The notes below the pieces were generated by a model that worked only from the letters and a program-made list of their open reading frames with translations, searched no databases and was not told the DNA's origin. A program made the translations under genes and the position numbers. DNA of 63,504 nt, filler included, from Hyphochytrium catenoides (taxonomy: Eukaryota > Protista > Hyphochytriomycota), in the NCBI GenBank assembly GCA_900088475.1. It is 10 parts of 10 records of this genome, joined end to end, with 100 filler letters (N's around TTAATTAATTAA, not from the genome) between each part and the next. Parts side by side here need not be neighbours in the genome. Positions count along the whole stretch, not along the records: positions 9,728 to 14,445 come from FLMG01004620.1; positions 14,546 to 23,619 come from FLMG01002469.1; positions 23,720 to 27,867 come from FLMG01004028.1; 7 more parts are not named here. The stretch is one strand, 5' to 3'. Shown one piece after another: positions 13,670-25,900 of the stretch. How positions within the stretch are numbered: position 1 is the first letter of the stretch; the number at the start of each line of letters is the position of its first letter.

Positions 13670-14445
13670 CGAGGAAGAGGGAGAGGGATAGAGGCTTCGA
13701 TATAAAAGACACTAAAAATGGAGAAGAGTAATGGTAAGAGCGAGAGAGAAAACTCATAGAAAAATTGGCCAAAGAGAGACAGAGCACATTATAATGCCCT
13801 GGCCATTCTCTCTCCCTCTCTCTTTCTCTCTCTCCCCACTCTTTTCTTACCTTGACCCTCCTCTTCTTTGCCCTCTGCTGCCGCTTCTCCTTCCACGCCT
13901 CCATTCTCTTCCGTCTCTCGAGGTGCAGCCGCTGCCGTGCCATATAACAGCGGAAGGCGCATTGAATAGACAGGGCGGCGACGGACTGGTGGGCCAGCTG
14001 GGAGAGTGGTCGGTAATTTAGATAGTCAAGAGAGATTGAGAGAGAGGAGAGCGAGGAAAGAGAGAAAGAGAGAGAAAGAGAGAGAGGAGAGCGAGGAGAG
14101 AGAGAGAGAGAGAGAATGAGAGCGAGAAAAAAGAGAGAGAGAGAGAGAGAGAGAGAAGGAGAGAGACAGAGAGAGAGGGAGAGATGATGCAAAGAAGAGC
14201 GAGAGACACTGACAGCGTGTGGCATACGAACATCAGAAGGTGGAAACAGAGGGAGCTAGGCAAAGCACTCGAGAAGAGCTGTGGAACAGACGGGCAACAA
14301 TCTGAGCAGACGCAGGAAAAGAAGAAAGGAGGAAGATCAATCAAAGGTTGGCCTAGCTTGAGACACACACTTCTTTAGCCCTACAAGCTCTCTCTCTTAT
14401 ACTGGTCCTCTTATCCTGCAAGAGAGACACCTTCTTACCTCGATT
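12290..14445 (-). CDS. IQ calmodulin-binding motif protein, 5'-truncated, multi-exon
   Basis: Three IQ-like motifs in separate exons: AALSIQCAFRCYMAR, AARAIQRIVRRMLCR, SSIKIQSVFRMFRSK; canonical splice sites; TAA ends at 12290. Confidence 0.75.
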
Positions 14446-14559
14446 NNNNNNNNNNNNNNNNNNNNNNNNNNNNNNNNNNNNNNNNNNNNTTAATTAATTA
14501 ANNNNNNNNNNNNNNNNNNNNNNNNNNNNNNNNNNNNNNNNNNNNTCTCTCTCTTTCTC

Positions 14560-14599
<40 letters not shown>

Positions 14600-14657
14600 T
14601 CTCTCTTTCTCTCTCTCTTTCTCCCTTTCTCTCTCTCTCTCTCTCTCTGCCTCCTAG

Positions 14658-15622
14658 ATTGCAGAGCACATTGACAGCGTCGCGCGGCCCCCTCCTGGTG
14701 CTCGGTTGAGCGTCGTCTTCGAGAAACCTTTTGGAAGAGACCTCAATACCGCGCAGGCGCTAGCAGAACTGCTAGCGCGGACACTGAAGGTTGCCTATGT
14801 GTCCTCTCTTTCTTTCTCTCTCTCTCTCTCTCTCTCTCTCCTGCTCTCTCTCCCTCTCTCTCTTTTCCTGTCGGTCAGGTACTCTTCTTCTGGTGTACTG
14901 GTTCCTCCTCTTCCTCCTCCCTTGTTTCGGGACTATGATAAGTTGGTTGATGTCACTCTTATCGGGCGGTTTCTCTTCCTCTCTCTCCCTCTATATCTTT
15001 CTTTGTCTCTCGCTGTTCACTCTCCTGGTTAAACCTATCTCCTCTTTCACGCCCTCAGTACTCTTCCTTCCTTTNNNNNNNNNNNNNNNNNNNNNNNNNN
15101 NNNNNNNNNNNNNNNNNNNNNNNNNNNNNNNNNNNNNNNNNNNNNNNNNNCGCTAGGAGGAAGAGATCTACCGAGTGGACCACTACATGGGCAAGAGAGG
15201 AGTGACAGTGATCGAACAGCTGAGAAACGTACTCTTTCTTTCCTTTCTCTTGCTCTGCCTCTCTCTTTCTTGCTACGTTGTCTTCTTTTTCCTCTCTCTC
15301 TCTCTCTCTCTCTTCCTCTATCTCTGCCGCTCTCTTTGTCTCTCTTTCTCGCTCATCTTTTCCCCGCTGCCTCTGTCTCTCCTTTCTTTTTGTCGTTCTT
15401 TCTACTCTCAGCCATTAAGCGTCAGGCTCAGCGTGTCTCTCTGCCCTCTTCTCTCTCTCTCTCCTTTTCTCTCTCTCTCTCTTCCTTTTTCATCATCGTT
15501 CCGTTCCTCTTGCTTGGAAGCTCATGTCTGCCTTTCCAGGATAATAGGAAGACGCTAGAGAAAGTGCTGAACAATCGAGCCGTCTTAGCCGTAGAGGTAC
15601 CATGCTCCGCTTTCTCTCTTTC

Positions 15623-15653
<31 letters not shown>

Positions 15654-18206
15654 CTCTCTCTCCGCATATGACCCTCTCTTTCTCTCGTGCTCCCTCTGCT
15701 TCTCTCTCTTTTTCTCCCCTTCTCTCTGTGGGAGTGGCCGTGATCGATGGCTCGAGCTCATTGCCTCCCGCTTTGCTTTTTCCGTGTGCCTCTCTCTCCT
15801 CTTTTTCTTTCCATTACGCCGCCCTTTCTCTCGGTCCTTCTTTATCGCCTGTGTACCTCTATTCCCATACAAAATATATCTCTTTCTTCCTTGCGCTCTC
15901 TCTCTCGGTCTCTCTCATATCCGCGTCCTTCTCTCTCTTTCTCTCTCTCTCTCTCTCTCGTATCCGCGTCCTTTTCTCTCTCTCTCCCTCACTTTTCTCT
16001 ATTGCAGGTCGTCATGACGGAGACGGAAGACTGTGCGGGCCGGACGAGGTTCTATGATCACTATGGAGTTATCAGAGATGTTCTACAAGTAAGAGAAACA
16101 GGGAGGACAGGGACAGAGAAAAGAGAGAGAGAGAGAGAGAAAAGACAGAAAAGGGGAAAGAAAGAGAGAGATCTAGCCTGGGCAAAACTCCTCAAGGAGA
16201 CAAACTTTGAGGAGAAGAAGAGAACCTCACAAAGAGGGCGAGGAAGAATGAGACTACATGCCGAGCTGGGGCAGACGTTAGGCTTGCCCAAAATTTTGAG
16301 GAGAGAGAGAGAGAGAGACTCTCTTCGCTTCACTCACTTCTGCCATAACTCCGTCTTCCAATCTCTGTTGTTACGAGTGCGCTCCTCCTCTCTTTTCGTC
16401 TCTCTCCCTCCTGGTCTCCACACTTCATTCATTCTCTTTTTCTCGTAGTCTCTCTCTTTCCTTTCCTCGTGTACTCTCTCTCTCTCTCTCTTACTCTCTC
16501 TCTTTCCTACACACTCTCTCTCTGTTGCCCTCCTTCCAGAATCATTTGACGGAGATGATGGCCATTTCTTTGATGGAGCTCCACGAGGGGGAGACAGAGT
16601 CTAGGACAACCTTCCAGGCGAGTGAGAGAAGAAGAGAGAATATGACAAGAGAGTAGCAAAACCCAGGGAGAGAGAGAACCAACATTTCGCGGACAGAGAG
16701 AGATCGAGATTGAGAGAGAGAGAGAGAAAGAGAGAGAGACAATGAAGGATATTTAAAGAATCAAGAGTAGACAAGAGGGAGCCGCATGTAAGAAAGAGAG
16801 GAGGTTAGCCTTTAAGGAAAATTCCCTGGGAGGAGACAAACAGGAGACTTGGCTCGGCTATTCTCTCACCCTCTCTCTCTCTCTCTCTGTCTCTCTCTGT
16901 CTCTCTCTCTCTCTCTCTCTTCTCTTTCCTCTCTCTCTTTATCCTTTCCCTACACCAGGCCCGGCGGACGGAGCTCTTGAAGCAGATATCGCCAGCTGCA
17001 ATCTCTGATGTCCGTTCGCCTCTCTTCCTATTACCAGTCTCCCTTTCTTCCTCAAAGCCTTCCTTTGCCAACTTTATTCCCTCTCTCTCTCGTTCTCTCT
17101 CTCTCTCTCTCTTCCTTTATCTCTTTTTCTCTCTCTCTCTTCTCTCACACTTATCTCTCTAATGACTCTTTTTATAGTTGGTTTGGGGCCAGTATGCCTC
17201 CTATCCGCAGCACGTTAAGGAAGACCACACTGGACTCTCTTCATCTCTCTCTCTCTCTTCCACGCCAACCGCTGCCTCTCTCCCTCTCTTTCTTCCTCTC
17301 TCTCCCCGATGGAGAGGCGTTCCTGTTATCTTAGCCAGTGCTAAGGCGACAAAGAGGAGAGAGGCGTTTGTGAGGTTTCTCTTCAATAGCTCAGTCGTGA
17401 GAGAGATACTTGGCTCTCCCTCTCTCTCTTCTTTCTCTGTCCAAAGAACTTGCGAGCTCAGGATCAATATCCAGGTGAGCGGTACAAGAGAGAAGAGACA
17501 CTAGGAAAGAGAACATAGGGAGACAAATAAAAGAGAGCAGAGAGGAGAGAAAGAGACAGAGAGGGAGAGAGAGAGAGAGAGAGACAAAGATAGAGGGTGA
17601 GAGAGAGAGAGAGAGAGATTTGGTAGGAGAAGGCATATGGAGGTTGGAGCGAAGTCTAAAAGAGACAGAATGACTGCAGAGAGAGAGAGAATGGGACCAT
17701 GAGGAGAGAGAATAGGAAAGAGAGAGAGGATAATAGTCATTTGGGAGCGCAACTAAGGAAATTCAAGAGGGTGGCGTGGTAAAGAAGAAACCATCACTGA
17801 AGAGACACAAAAGAGACGGACAGGAATAGACAGAGTGTGTGTGTGAGAGAGAGAGAGAAAGAGAGAGAGAGTGAGGGTGTAGAGTCAAGAAGAGAGAGAA
17901 TATGGTCCTTCATCTTCTAAATCTATGTGACTTATCTCTTCTCTGCAGGGCGGAGATTTAGGAGAAGCTATACTCTCCTCGTGTCCCGAGCTTCCTCTCC
18001 GTCCCCCAGAAGGTTGGGAGGAGAAACAAGAAGAGAGAAAGGAAGAGAAACAGAAGAAAGGGAAAGTCTTCAGACCGAAAGAGAAAGGAGAAAATGCCTA
18101 CCGCCAATTGCTTCGACATGCACTGGACAATGACCAAGCGTAAGAAACTTGCAGGCTCTCCTCCTCTCTAATTCGTTTCTTTCTCTCTCGCCCCGTGCCT
18201 TATCTG

Positions 18207-18251
<45 letters not shown>

Positions 18252-19152
18252 CTTTCTTTTTTCTCTTTCTCGGATCTCTTTCTTTATCCCACACTCTCTT
18301 CTCTCTCTCTTCTCTCTCTCTGACTTTCTCTCGCTTGCTAGCTTGTCTCTCTGTCTATATAGCCCTTTCGCTCGCTTTCTCTCTCTCTCTCTCTCTCCCT
18401 CTCTCTCTCTTCGTTCTTTCTCTGTCTCCCTTGATCTCTACACGCCTCTTTTCTCCGTCTTCTCCTTTCCCTTCATCCAACACGCATACCTATCATCTCT
18501 CTCTCTCTCTCTTTGCAGGCTTTTCATGGGTACAGAGGAGCTTCTCTCTTCCTGGAGGATCTGGGACTCTCTTCTGCAAGATATTGAGAAAGTAGGAGAG
18601 ACTGCTCCACCTTCTCTTTACACGGAACACACATCGAAGTTCATGAAGCATGGCGAAGAAGGTGAGTCTCCCTACTTTCTTCCTCTTCTTCTTCTTGTTC
18701 TCTCTCTCTCTCTCCCTCTCTCTCTCTCTCTTTGGGATCTTATCCTCTCGCCACGACTGTTTAGAGTGGCGAGATAGCAGGCTCGCCCTGTCCCACGCCC
18801 TCCGAACTCCTGCTTCGCTTGTTCTTCTCAACCCACTTCTTTATAGCTTCAACGCTTTGCGCTCTCTCTCTCTCTCTCCGTTACCCTCTCTCTTGCGTGC
18901 TCTCTCTCTCTTTTTCTCTTCTGCTTTTCTTCTCTCTGTGACCTTTTCTCTAAGTTTCTCTCAAGCGTTTTGCTCTCCTTATTCTTTAACTCAATAGTCT
19001 TTTCTCTCTCTCTCGCTCTCTCTCTCTTCCTCTCTCTCTCGCCACAACGATGATTAGGCTTCTGGGGTCACACTCTCTCCCCAGATGGAAAACTCCTGAA
19101 GGTGTCCTTGCCCTCAAATGGAAGAAAACAGGGAGAGAAAGAGGAACTTTAG
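14658..19152 (+). CDS. H6PD: Hexose-6-phosphate dehydrogenase-type G6PD, 5'-truncated, 10 exons, C-terminal KEEL
   Basis: IAEHIDSVARPPPGARLSVVFEKPFG, EEEIYRVDHYMGK, GRTRFYDHYGVIRDVLQ|NHLTEMM, GQYASY, TPT..RWRGVPVILASAKA, FMGTEELLSSWRIW; RPxPGAxL, GRTxFY, NHLTE and TPT are H6PD-like rather than cytosolic G6PD-like. Confidence 0.88.
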
Positions 19153-19371
19153 GTCTATTGATAAAGAGAGCAACAGCCTTTGATAAGAATTGCTCTCTCC
19201 CTCTTTCTCTTTCGTTTCTCTCCTCCTCTCTCTTCTTTTCTCTTGCTCTTCCTTGAACTCTGCACAGAAGGGGGCGGGATAAGGAAGAGACTTGCGGAAG
19301 AAACATGGTGCAAACCCTCGATCTCCGGATAAAGGCGACAGAAGATGCTTGACCTGCTCTCCCATCTCTCA

Positions 19372-19409
<38 letters not shown>

Positions 19410-19775
19410 CCCTACGCCCACACTTTCCCCTCTCTTCCTAACGCAAGTGAGCTACAACCGTACTGCTGAAGGGGAAAGAACCATAGGGTATTTTTTCTCT
19501 AGAAAAAGAGAGAGAGAGAGAGAGAAACACGACGGCCAAACCAGCCGTTCTCCCTTGAAAGGGCGCAGCCGCTCAAAGCGAAGAAGATGAAGGAATGGAT
19601 CTCGTCTCTCCTCCATTCGGTGCTACCTCTTGCGCCTCACAGATTCTCCAAGAAGGAGAGCCATCTCTAACGATAAGCGCGTCTTCAGCCGGCAAAGGAA
19701 TGGCTAAGAGAGAGAGGGAGAGAGAGAGAGAGAGAGACGCAAGAGAATGGCTAACGACACATGTCCTTCTTTGGT

Positions 19776-20935
19776 TCAGCTCTTTCTGAAGACGCCGTGC
19801 ACCCAGACTCTTCTTAGTTCTTGCGCTGTCTTCCTGTTCTGCAGCTTCACCGTGCAATACTCGAGCTCTTCCACCTGGAACCCGCAGGACGAGAAGAGAG
19901 AGGAGAGGTCCTCTGGCAAGGGGAGGAGTGACATTGTTAGAGAGAGAGAGAGAGAAAAGAAGGTGTCCCCTGTCCTCTTCCTATGGTGCTCTCCATTATT
20001 TCTGTCTTCCCCTCTCCTTCCGCTCATCTCCATAGTAACACTTAAAATTCCTGCGCGTTTTTCACTCTCCTTCTCCCTCTCTCTGTCTGTCTGTCTCTCT
20101 CTCTCTCTCTTTCTTTCTTTCTTCCTTCTTTTTCTCTCTCTCTCTCTCCACCCCCACGCTCACTGTTGTCTCTTGTCTCCTTTCGCTTCCCTCTTCTTAC
20201 CTAAGGAGAAGAAGTAGGCCAAGGTCCCTTCTCCTCTATAATAAAGGCGATCTGTGAGGCGCCGCTTGGAGCGCATCATTGATAAATCGTACAGTCCTAG
20301 GACGATGAAAGAGAGAAGATGGAGAGAGAGAGAGAGACGTAAGGAGAGATGGGAAGTACACAAGAGAGAAAGAGAGAGAGAGAGAGGGAAAAGAAGAGAG
20401 AGAATGGAACAGAGAGAGACAGAGGAAGACGGAGAGGCATTAGATAGCTCTAGATACCACGGAAAAGAGAAGCAGAGAAACAAAAACAGCTTCTAGACAA
20501 TAAAGAGAGAAGGGAAGCGAGGGTTGGGGATGAAGTAGAGGGAGAGAGAGAAAGAGAGAGAGAAAGAAGGTTCCTTGGCTCAACACTAACGGCAGTCGTA
20601 CCGTAGTCCCTAAAGCAGACCACGCCACCAGCTCGAAGAGCCTTAGGATTGAAAAGACAGAGAGAGAGAGAGGGAGAGAGGAAAGAGAGTGGAAGGAGAG
20701 AAAAGGACAAAGAAGGAAAGACAAGGAATGCGGGAGAAAGCGAGGCAAGTGAGATGAAGCAAAGAGAGAGAAAGAGGGACAGAGAGAGAGAGAAAGAAAT
20801 AGCGAGCGAAATAGAGGACACGGGAGACAGAGAGAGTTAGAAATGCCGTCTTAGGTCCAGTAAACGCCTAACGCAAACGGCGTAGAGCTAGCCTTCTTCA
20901 CGAGTCACTCTCCCTCTTCGCCCAATTCACCTACA

Positions 20936-20967
<32 letters not shown>

Positions 20968-22231
20968 TTTGTGCCTCCATTGCTGACTCTCCCTGACTGT
21001 CTTCTCTCTCTCTCTCTCTTACCGCATGAGCCTGTTTTACTACATGCTTGAATGCTTGGGGATCTATGGCGCTGAGAGTGAAAACTAGGAGAAGACAGTC
21101 GAATGTCTCTCTCTCCACGGAAGGAGGGAGGCGAGAGGAGGCAATGTCCCACACCATGGCTTCACATCGAGAGGCATCGAAGGCGGGAGAGGACTGCCAG
21201 AAGAGAGAGAGAGCAAAAGAGAGAAAGCAAGCGAGAAGAAAGAGAGAGAGAAAAAGAAGGCGAGAAAGAGTATGAAAGAGAGACGGCGCGGGAGAAGAGA
21301 AGGAAAAGCACAGAGAGACAAAACGTGAAAGAGAGGTGGAGAGAGAGAGAGAAACGCTTAGTCTATAGCAGAAACGATGAATCTCGATAAGGGGAAGAAA
21401 GATTCAAACGCAGAGAGTAAAGGAAAGAGACAGCAGGGACAGAACTAAAAAGAAGAGATAAGAACGACAAAGACAACTAAAAATTTGATAGGAAGGAAAC
21501 AGAACGAGAAGAAAGAAAGAGAAAGAGAGAGAGAGAGAGAAAGAAAGAGAGAGAGAGAGCGAGAGAGAGAGAGAAAGGGAGGGGAGAGGGAGGGGGAAGA
21601 GAGAGAGAGAGAGAGACAGGGAAGAGGTGTAGGCTTTACCATAAAGGTCCTAATCGCTTCCTGACTGAGATCTAACGCCTTCGCCTCCAAGTGCGAGTGA
21701 GCCTTCAGAAGCGGGAGGAGCGCCGAACCGTGGCCACACCCGAACTCCAACAACCGCCTCGTCTTCTCTCCCTTGAAAGGAAAGGGGAGGTTGAGTCCTG
21801 CTCTTATCCGTCTCTCTCTTTCTCTTTCTCTCTCTTTCTCTCTCTCTCTCCCTCTCTTACAGTATATTTCTGAACATTTCGCTGACTCTACCGTCTTCCT
21901 CTCATATGCCCGGCACCTATGTCCACGAGTCTCTCTCTTTCTTCCACGAGTCTCTCTCTCTCCTTCTCTCCTTCTCTCTCTCTCTCCCTTGTCGCCCCGT
22001 CTCGTCTCTCTCCTGCCCTCTCCCCCCGTCCTCTCCCTTACCTGTCGCGGTGGTGCCACAAGTTCTGGGAACTCTGTGGCAATATAGCTTCGAGGCTTGT
22101 AAAAGTGGCCTGCCCACGCGAGACAGAGTAAGCATCTACTAGGGCAAACACTGGTAACTGTAAAGAGAGACAGAAGCACAAATAATAGGAAACCCAGGGT
22201 GGAAGAGAAGGAACAACCAAACCAAGAAAGA

Positions 22232-22275
<44 letters not shown>

Positions 22276-22980
22276 CGAGAGAGACAGAGAGAGAGACAGA
22301 GAGAGAGGGGGTGGAAGAGTTAAGACAAAAAGAGAAAGAGGAATGAAAACAATGAGAAAAAGAAGAGAGACAAGTTGAGGCAAGACAATTTAGAGAAATG
22401 GAAAGGGTAGAGTGAAGAGAGAGAGAGAGAGAACACGGCAGACAGAGTGTGGAGTTCGCCGTAATATCTGCTGCCGTAATGAGGGCAGAAAGAGAAAGGC
22501 TAAGAGAAGGCAGAAGGAAAAGGAAAGGAAGAGAAAGAGAGAAAGAGAGAGAAAGTCACAATGCAGACCGCGCCGAGAGAAGAAGAGAGAGAGAGAGAGG
22601 CACAGTAGCGAGCGAGAGAGAGAGAGAGAGGGAAAGAGGCGCACACCCCGTGTCTTCTTATGGAAGTCGTCCCAGTATCTTTCTGCTTGCAAAGAGAACT
22701 CCGATCGAAGATTTTCTCTCTTTTCCTCGTCTTCTTCGTCTCTCTCTCCTCCTCCTGTCATTGAGAGAGACACAGGGAGATCTCCTGGGCTTTCGGAAGA
22801 GAGAGAGAGAGACACCGCTGAAGAGAGAAAGCGCGCCTCCAGTATCTTCTTGCATTCTTCTGCGTGATCTCCCCAGTCAAAGTCCTGAGAGTGATACTGG
22901 ACGGCGGCACCTTTCTCTCTCTTGCTTCTCCTTTCTCTCTCCTCCTCCTGCCCGACGCCAAGCTCTAGAACTGGCGCCAT
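19776..22980 (-). CDS. METTL6: tRNA N3-methylcytidine methyltransferase, METTL2/6/8 (Trm140) family, 7 exons
   Basis: ATG 22980; AERYWDDFHK, HFYKPRSYIATEFPEL, LLEFGCGHGSALLPLL, LLVFTLSAIDP, ALRAGGVVCFRDYG|LYDLSMMR, YYRGEGTLAYFFS, CTVKLQNRK..RRVWVHGVFRKS*. Confidence 0.9.
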
Positions 22981-25900
22981 ACATAGAAACCTCCCCTCTC
23001 TCTCTCCTTCCTCCCGCTTAAAGTGGCTTCTGTTCTCTCTTTCTCTCTTATTCACTTTCTCTCTCTCTCTCTCTGACTCTCTCTCTCTGACTCTCTCTTC
23101 TCAAAGGCGAGCGTATCGGAATGATGAGGGCGTCGCTTCTCGTTTTCCCTTCCAGGTAAGGCCCTGCAGCTCGTCGATCAGAATCAGAAGTCCTTGTCTT
23201 GTCATCGCTCTTCTCTCTCTTTGTTCGTACACAGTAACCTGCTCTCTGTCCTTTCTCTCTCTCTGGCTCTCTCTCTCTCTCTCGCCCTCTCTCCTTTGTC
23301 TCTCTCCTTTTTCTCTCTGTCTTCCTCCTCCCTCACTCTTCCTCTCTCTCTCTCTCTCTTCCTCCCTCTCTCTCTCTCTTCTCTTTCTCTCTCTCTTCTC
23401 TTTCTCTCTCTCTTCCTCCCTCTCTCTCTCTCTTCTCTTTCTCTCTCTCTTCTCTTTCTCTCTCTCTCTTCCTCCCTCTCTCTCTCTCTTCTCTTTCTCT
23501 CTCTCTTCTCTTTCTCCCTCTCTCTTCTCTTTCTCTCTCTCTCTTCTCTTTCTCTCTCTCTCTTCTCTTCTCTCTCTCTCTTCTCTTTCTCTCTCTCTCT
23601 CTCTTTCTCCTCTCTTCTCNNNNNNNNNNNNNNNNNNNNNNNNNNNNNNNNNNNNNNNNNNNNTTAATTAATTAANNNNNNNNNNNNNNNNNNNNNNNNN
23701 NNNNNNNNNNNNNNNNNNNGAGAGAGAGAGAGAAAGAGAGAGAAAGAGATGGGGAGAGAGAGCGAGAGAGAGAAAGGGAAAGGACTAGAGGCCAAGCGAA
23801 ACCCAGAAGGGCCTAATATTTCTACTGTTTTATGGCGTCAACACCGCCCAGATTACTACTAAATTTTATTTACTTGTAATATGTGCTAGCCCTCCAAATT
23901 GCCGTATTACTACTACTAGAGTGGGACAGTTCCCATCCGCCCGGCCTAAAACAGTACTGACCGAATGTTAAACCGGACTTATTTCCTCATAGGCTTGTTA
24001 TCCCTAGGGTATAGACATTCCGAATGAACCAAAGGGTGTCTGAGTATGGTTATTGCCTACATCCATCCGGACGGAAGAGTCCTTTTCCTCCTTTTCCGTC
24101 TCTCTCTTTCTCCTCTCTCTGTCTCCGTCGATTCTGTCTCTCTGTCTTCTGTCTCTCTCTCTTTCTGTCTCTCTGCCTTCTGTCTCTCTGACTTCTGTCT
24201 CGCTGCCTTCTGTCTCTAGCCGTTCTGCTCTAGCCGTTCTGTCTCTCGTTCTTCTGTCTCTCTCCCTTTTCCCTCCTGTGACTCTCTTTCTTTTCTCTCG
24301 TCTTTCCCCAGTTTCTCTTCTGCTTTCCTTCCTTGTCCTGTTGTCCTTTCGACATAGAACTACATCTCTCCTCTCTTCTTCTCTGTACTATCGTCCTTCC
24401 TAGAACTCTCTAGGTCTGTTGCATCATCTCTCTCTCTCTTCTTCTCTCTCTCTCTCTCTCTCTGGTGCTGCTGGGAAGCAGGTGACTCTTCCTCCGGCCT
24501 ACACTGCTCATAATAGTTCCCTCTTCTGTTCACCCTGCTCTCTCCGTTATCCTTATCTTCTATTCCTTCTTCTTCCTTCATTCTCTTTTTCCCCATCGAA
24601 TGCTTCTTCTTCTCTCTTGCAGCGCAGGAGTGAGGAAGTCTCACCTGTTTTCCTTCCTTCAACGAGCATTTTCTTTGATTTTAAATAGTAGTGTCCAGTC
24701 ATCATCATCTTTGCTAAGTCCTCTTTCTTCTCCTCCTCCTTTGCCCTCGTATACTTTTCATTATCTTCTCCTTCTTTCATTAGTTCCTTGCCTTCATGCA
24801 TGATGAAGGATCAACAAGGTCCTCTAGCACGATCATCATTATCTGCACATCTACTAGTGAACTATAGAAGATAACGAACATCCTTCGTTCTTGCTTGTCA
24901 CTCGTCCACTACTGTTGGCTTCAATCACCTAAAGTACACGGACGATCGATCTTACAAAGAAAAAGGCTCGAGCATGCTTCCGCTATCTTGGCACTGAGGT
25001 CGAGAGTCAACCTCCTGTCGTTATCTCCCCGGATGGCCAGGCCCTCAGTAGTGCAAAGAACAAGCAACAAGCAAAGGAGAAGGGTTTCGTGTGAGCTCAA
25101 TACTTTGTCTTTCAGACAGAAGTCTGGGGAATCAAAGAAGAGTGTCTAATGGGCAATCTATCTACCGGAGAAGAGAAAGAAGAGAGACCACCACGGAGAA
25201 GGAGAACGAAGAATAGAAAGTTAAGATGTTTTTTTAGAAGAATGCAATACGAGAGAGAGAGTGTGTGAAGAAGTCAACGAGGACGAGCAGCGCTCTCGTC
25301 CCTCGGAGCCAATCGTCAGCTCTACCCCTCCTTCTCTGCTAGTAGAACAAGGTCGAAGGACAGTCTATTCCTGCCCAGCTAGCGGGAGGTCCCATCCGCC
25401 TGCCAGTCAGTTCCCATCCGATCCCATGGTGGAGTTGAGTTGAAAGAATGACTAGCAAAGAGCACACATAAAGCACCTTTGTTCCTTCCTGTCTTCTTCT
25501 TCTTCTTCTTCTTCTTTGGCTGCGTTGTTTGTTGCTTGCTCCTTATCATCCTCGTCAATGCATCATCAAACTCTTCCAGCGGCTGATTGACAATGTAGAA
25601 GCTCAAAACCCTCGTCCGACAAGACAGGAACTAAGGCTCTCTTTTCTTCTCTTGCATTTGAGCTGGTCACCGTGACTGTCCTGGACAATCCACTCGTACG
25701 AGTTAGCTTAGTATTACCCCGTCTTCCTAGAAGATAAGGGACTCTTTGTCAACGACAGCAAGGACAGCACCAAGAGAAAGAAGGATAAGAACTGTCTGTT
25801 CCTAGAGGAAGAAGGAGCTCTTCGTTACTTGATCCCCTCGATCAGCTGCTGCCTTTATGCAGGCGATGTTGTCTGGGAGCGAGCTCGGTAATGGGGAACG

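Noticed and set aside
23121-23155. Possible first exon ATGATG..CAG|GTAAGG divergent from METTL6; similar ATG|GTAAGG at 5268 (-)
   Set aside because: Too short and truncated by contig ends to support as genes.
9728-23619. Metabolic gene cluster (Sec14, H6PD, later DGAT2)
   Set aside because: Genes lie on different contigs joined artificially.
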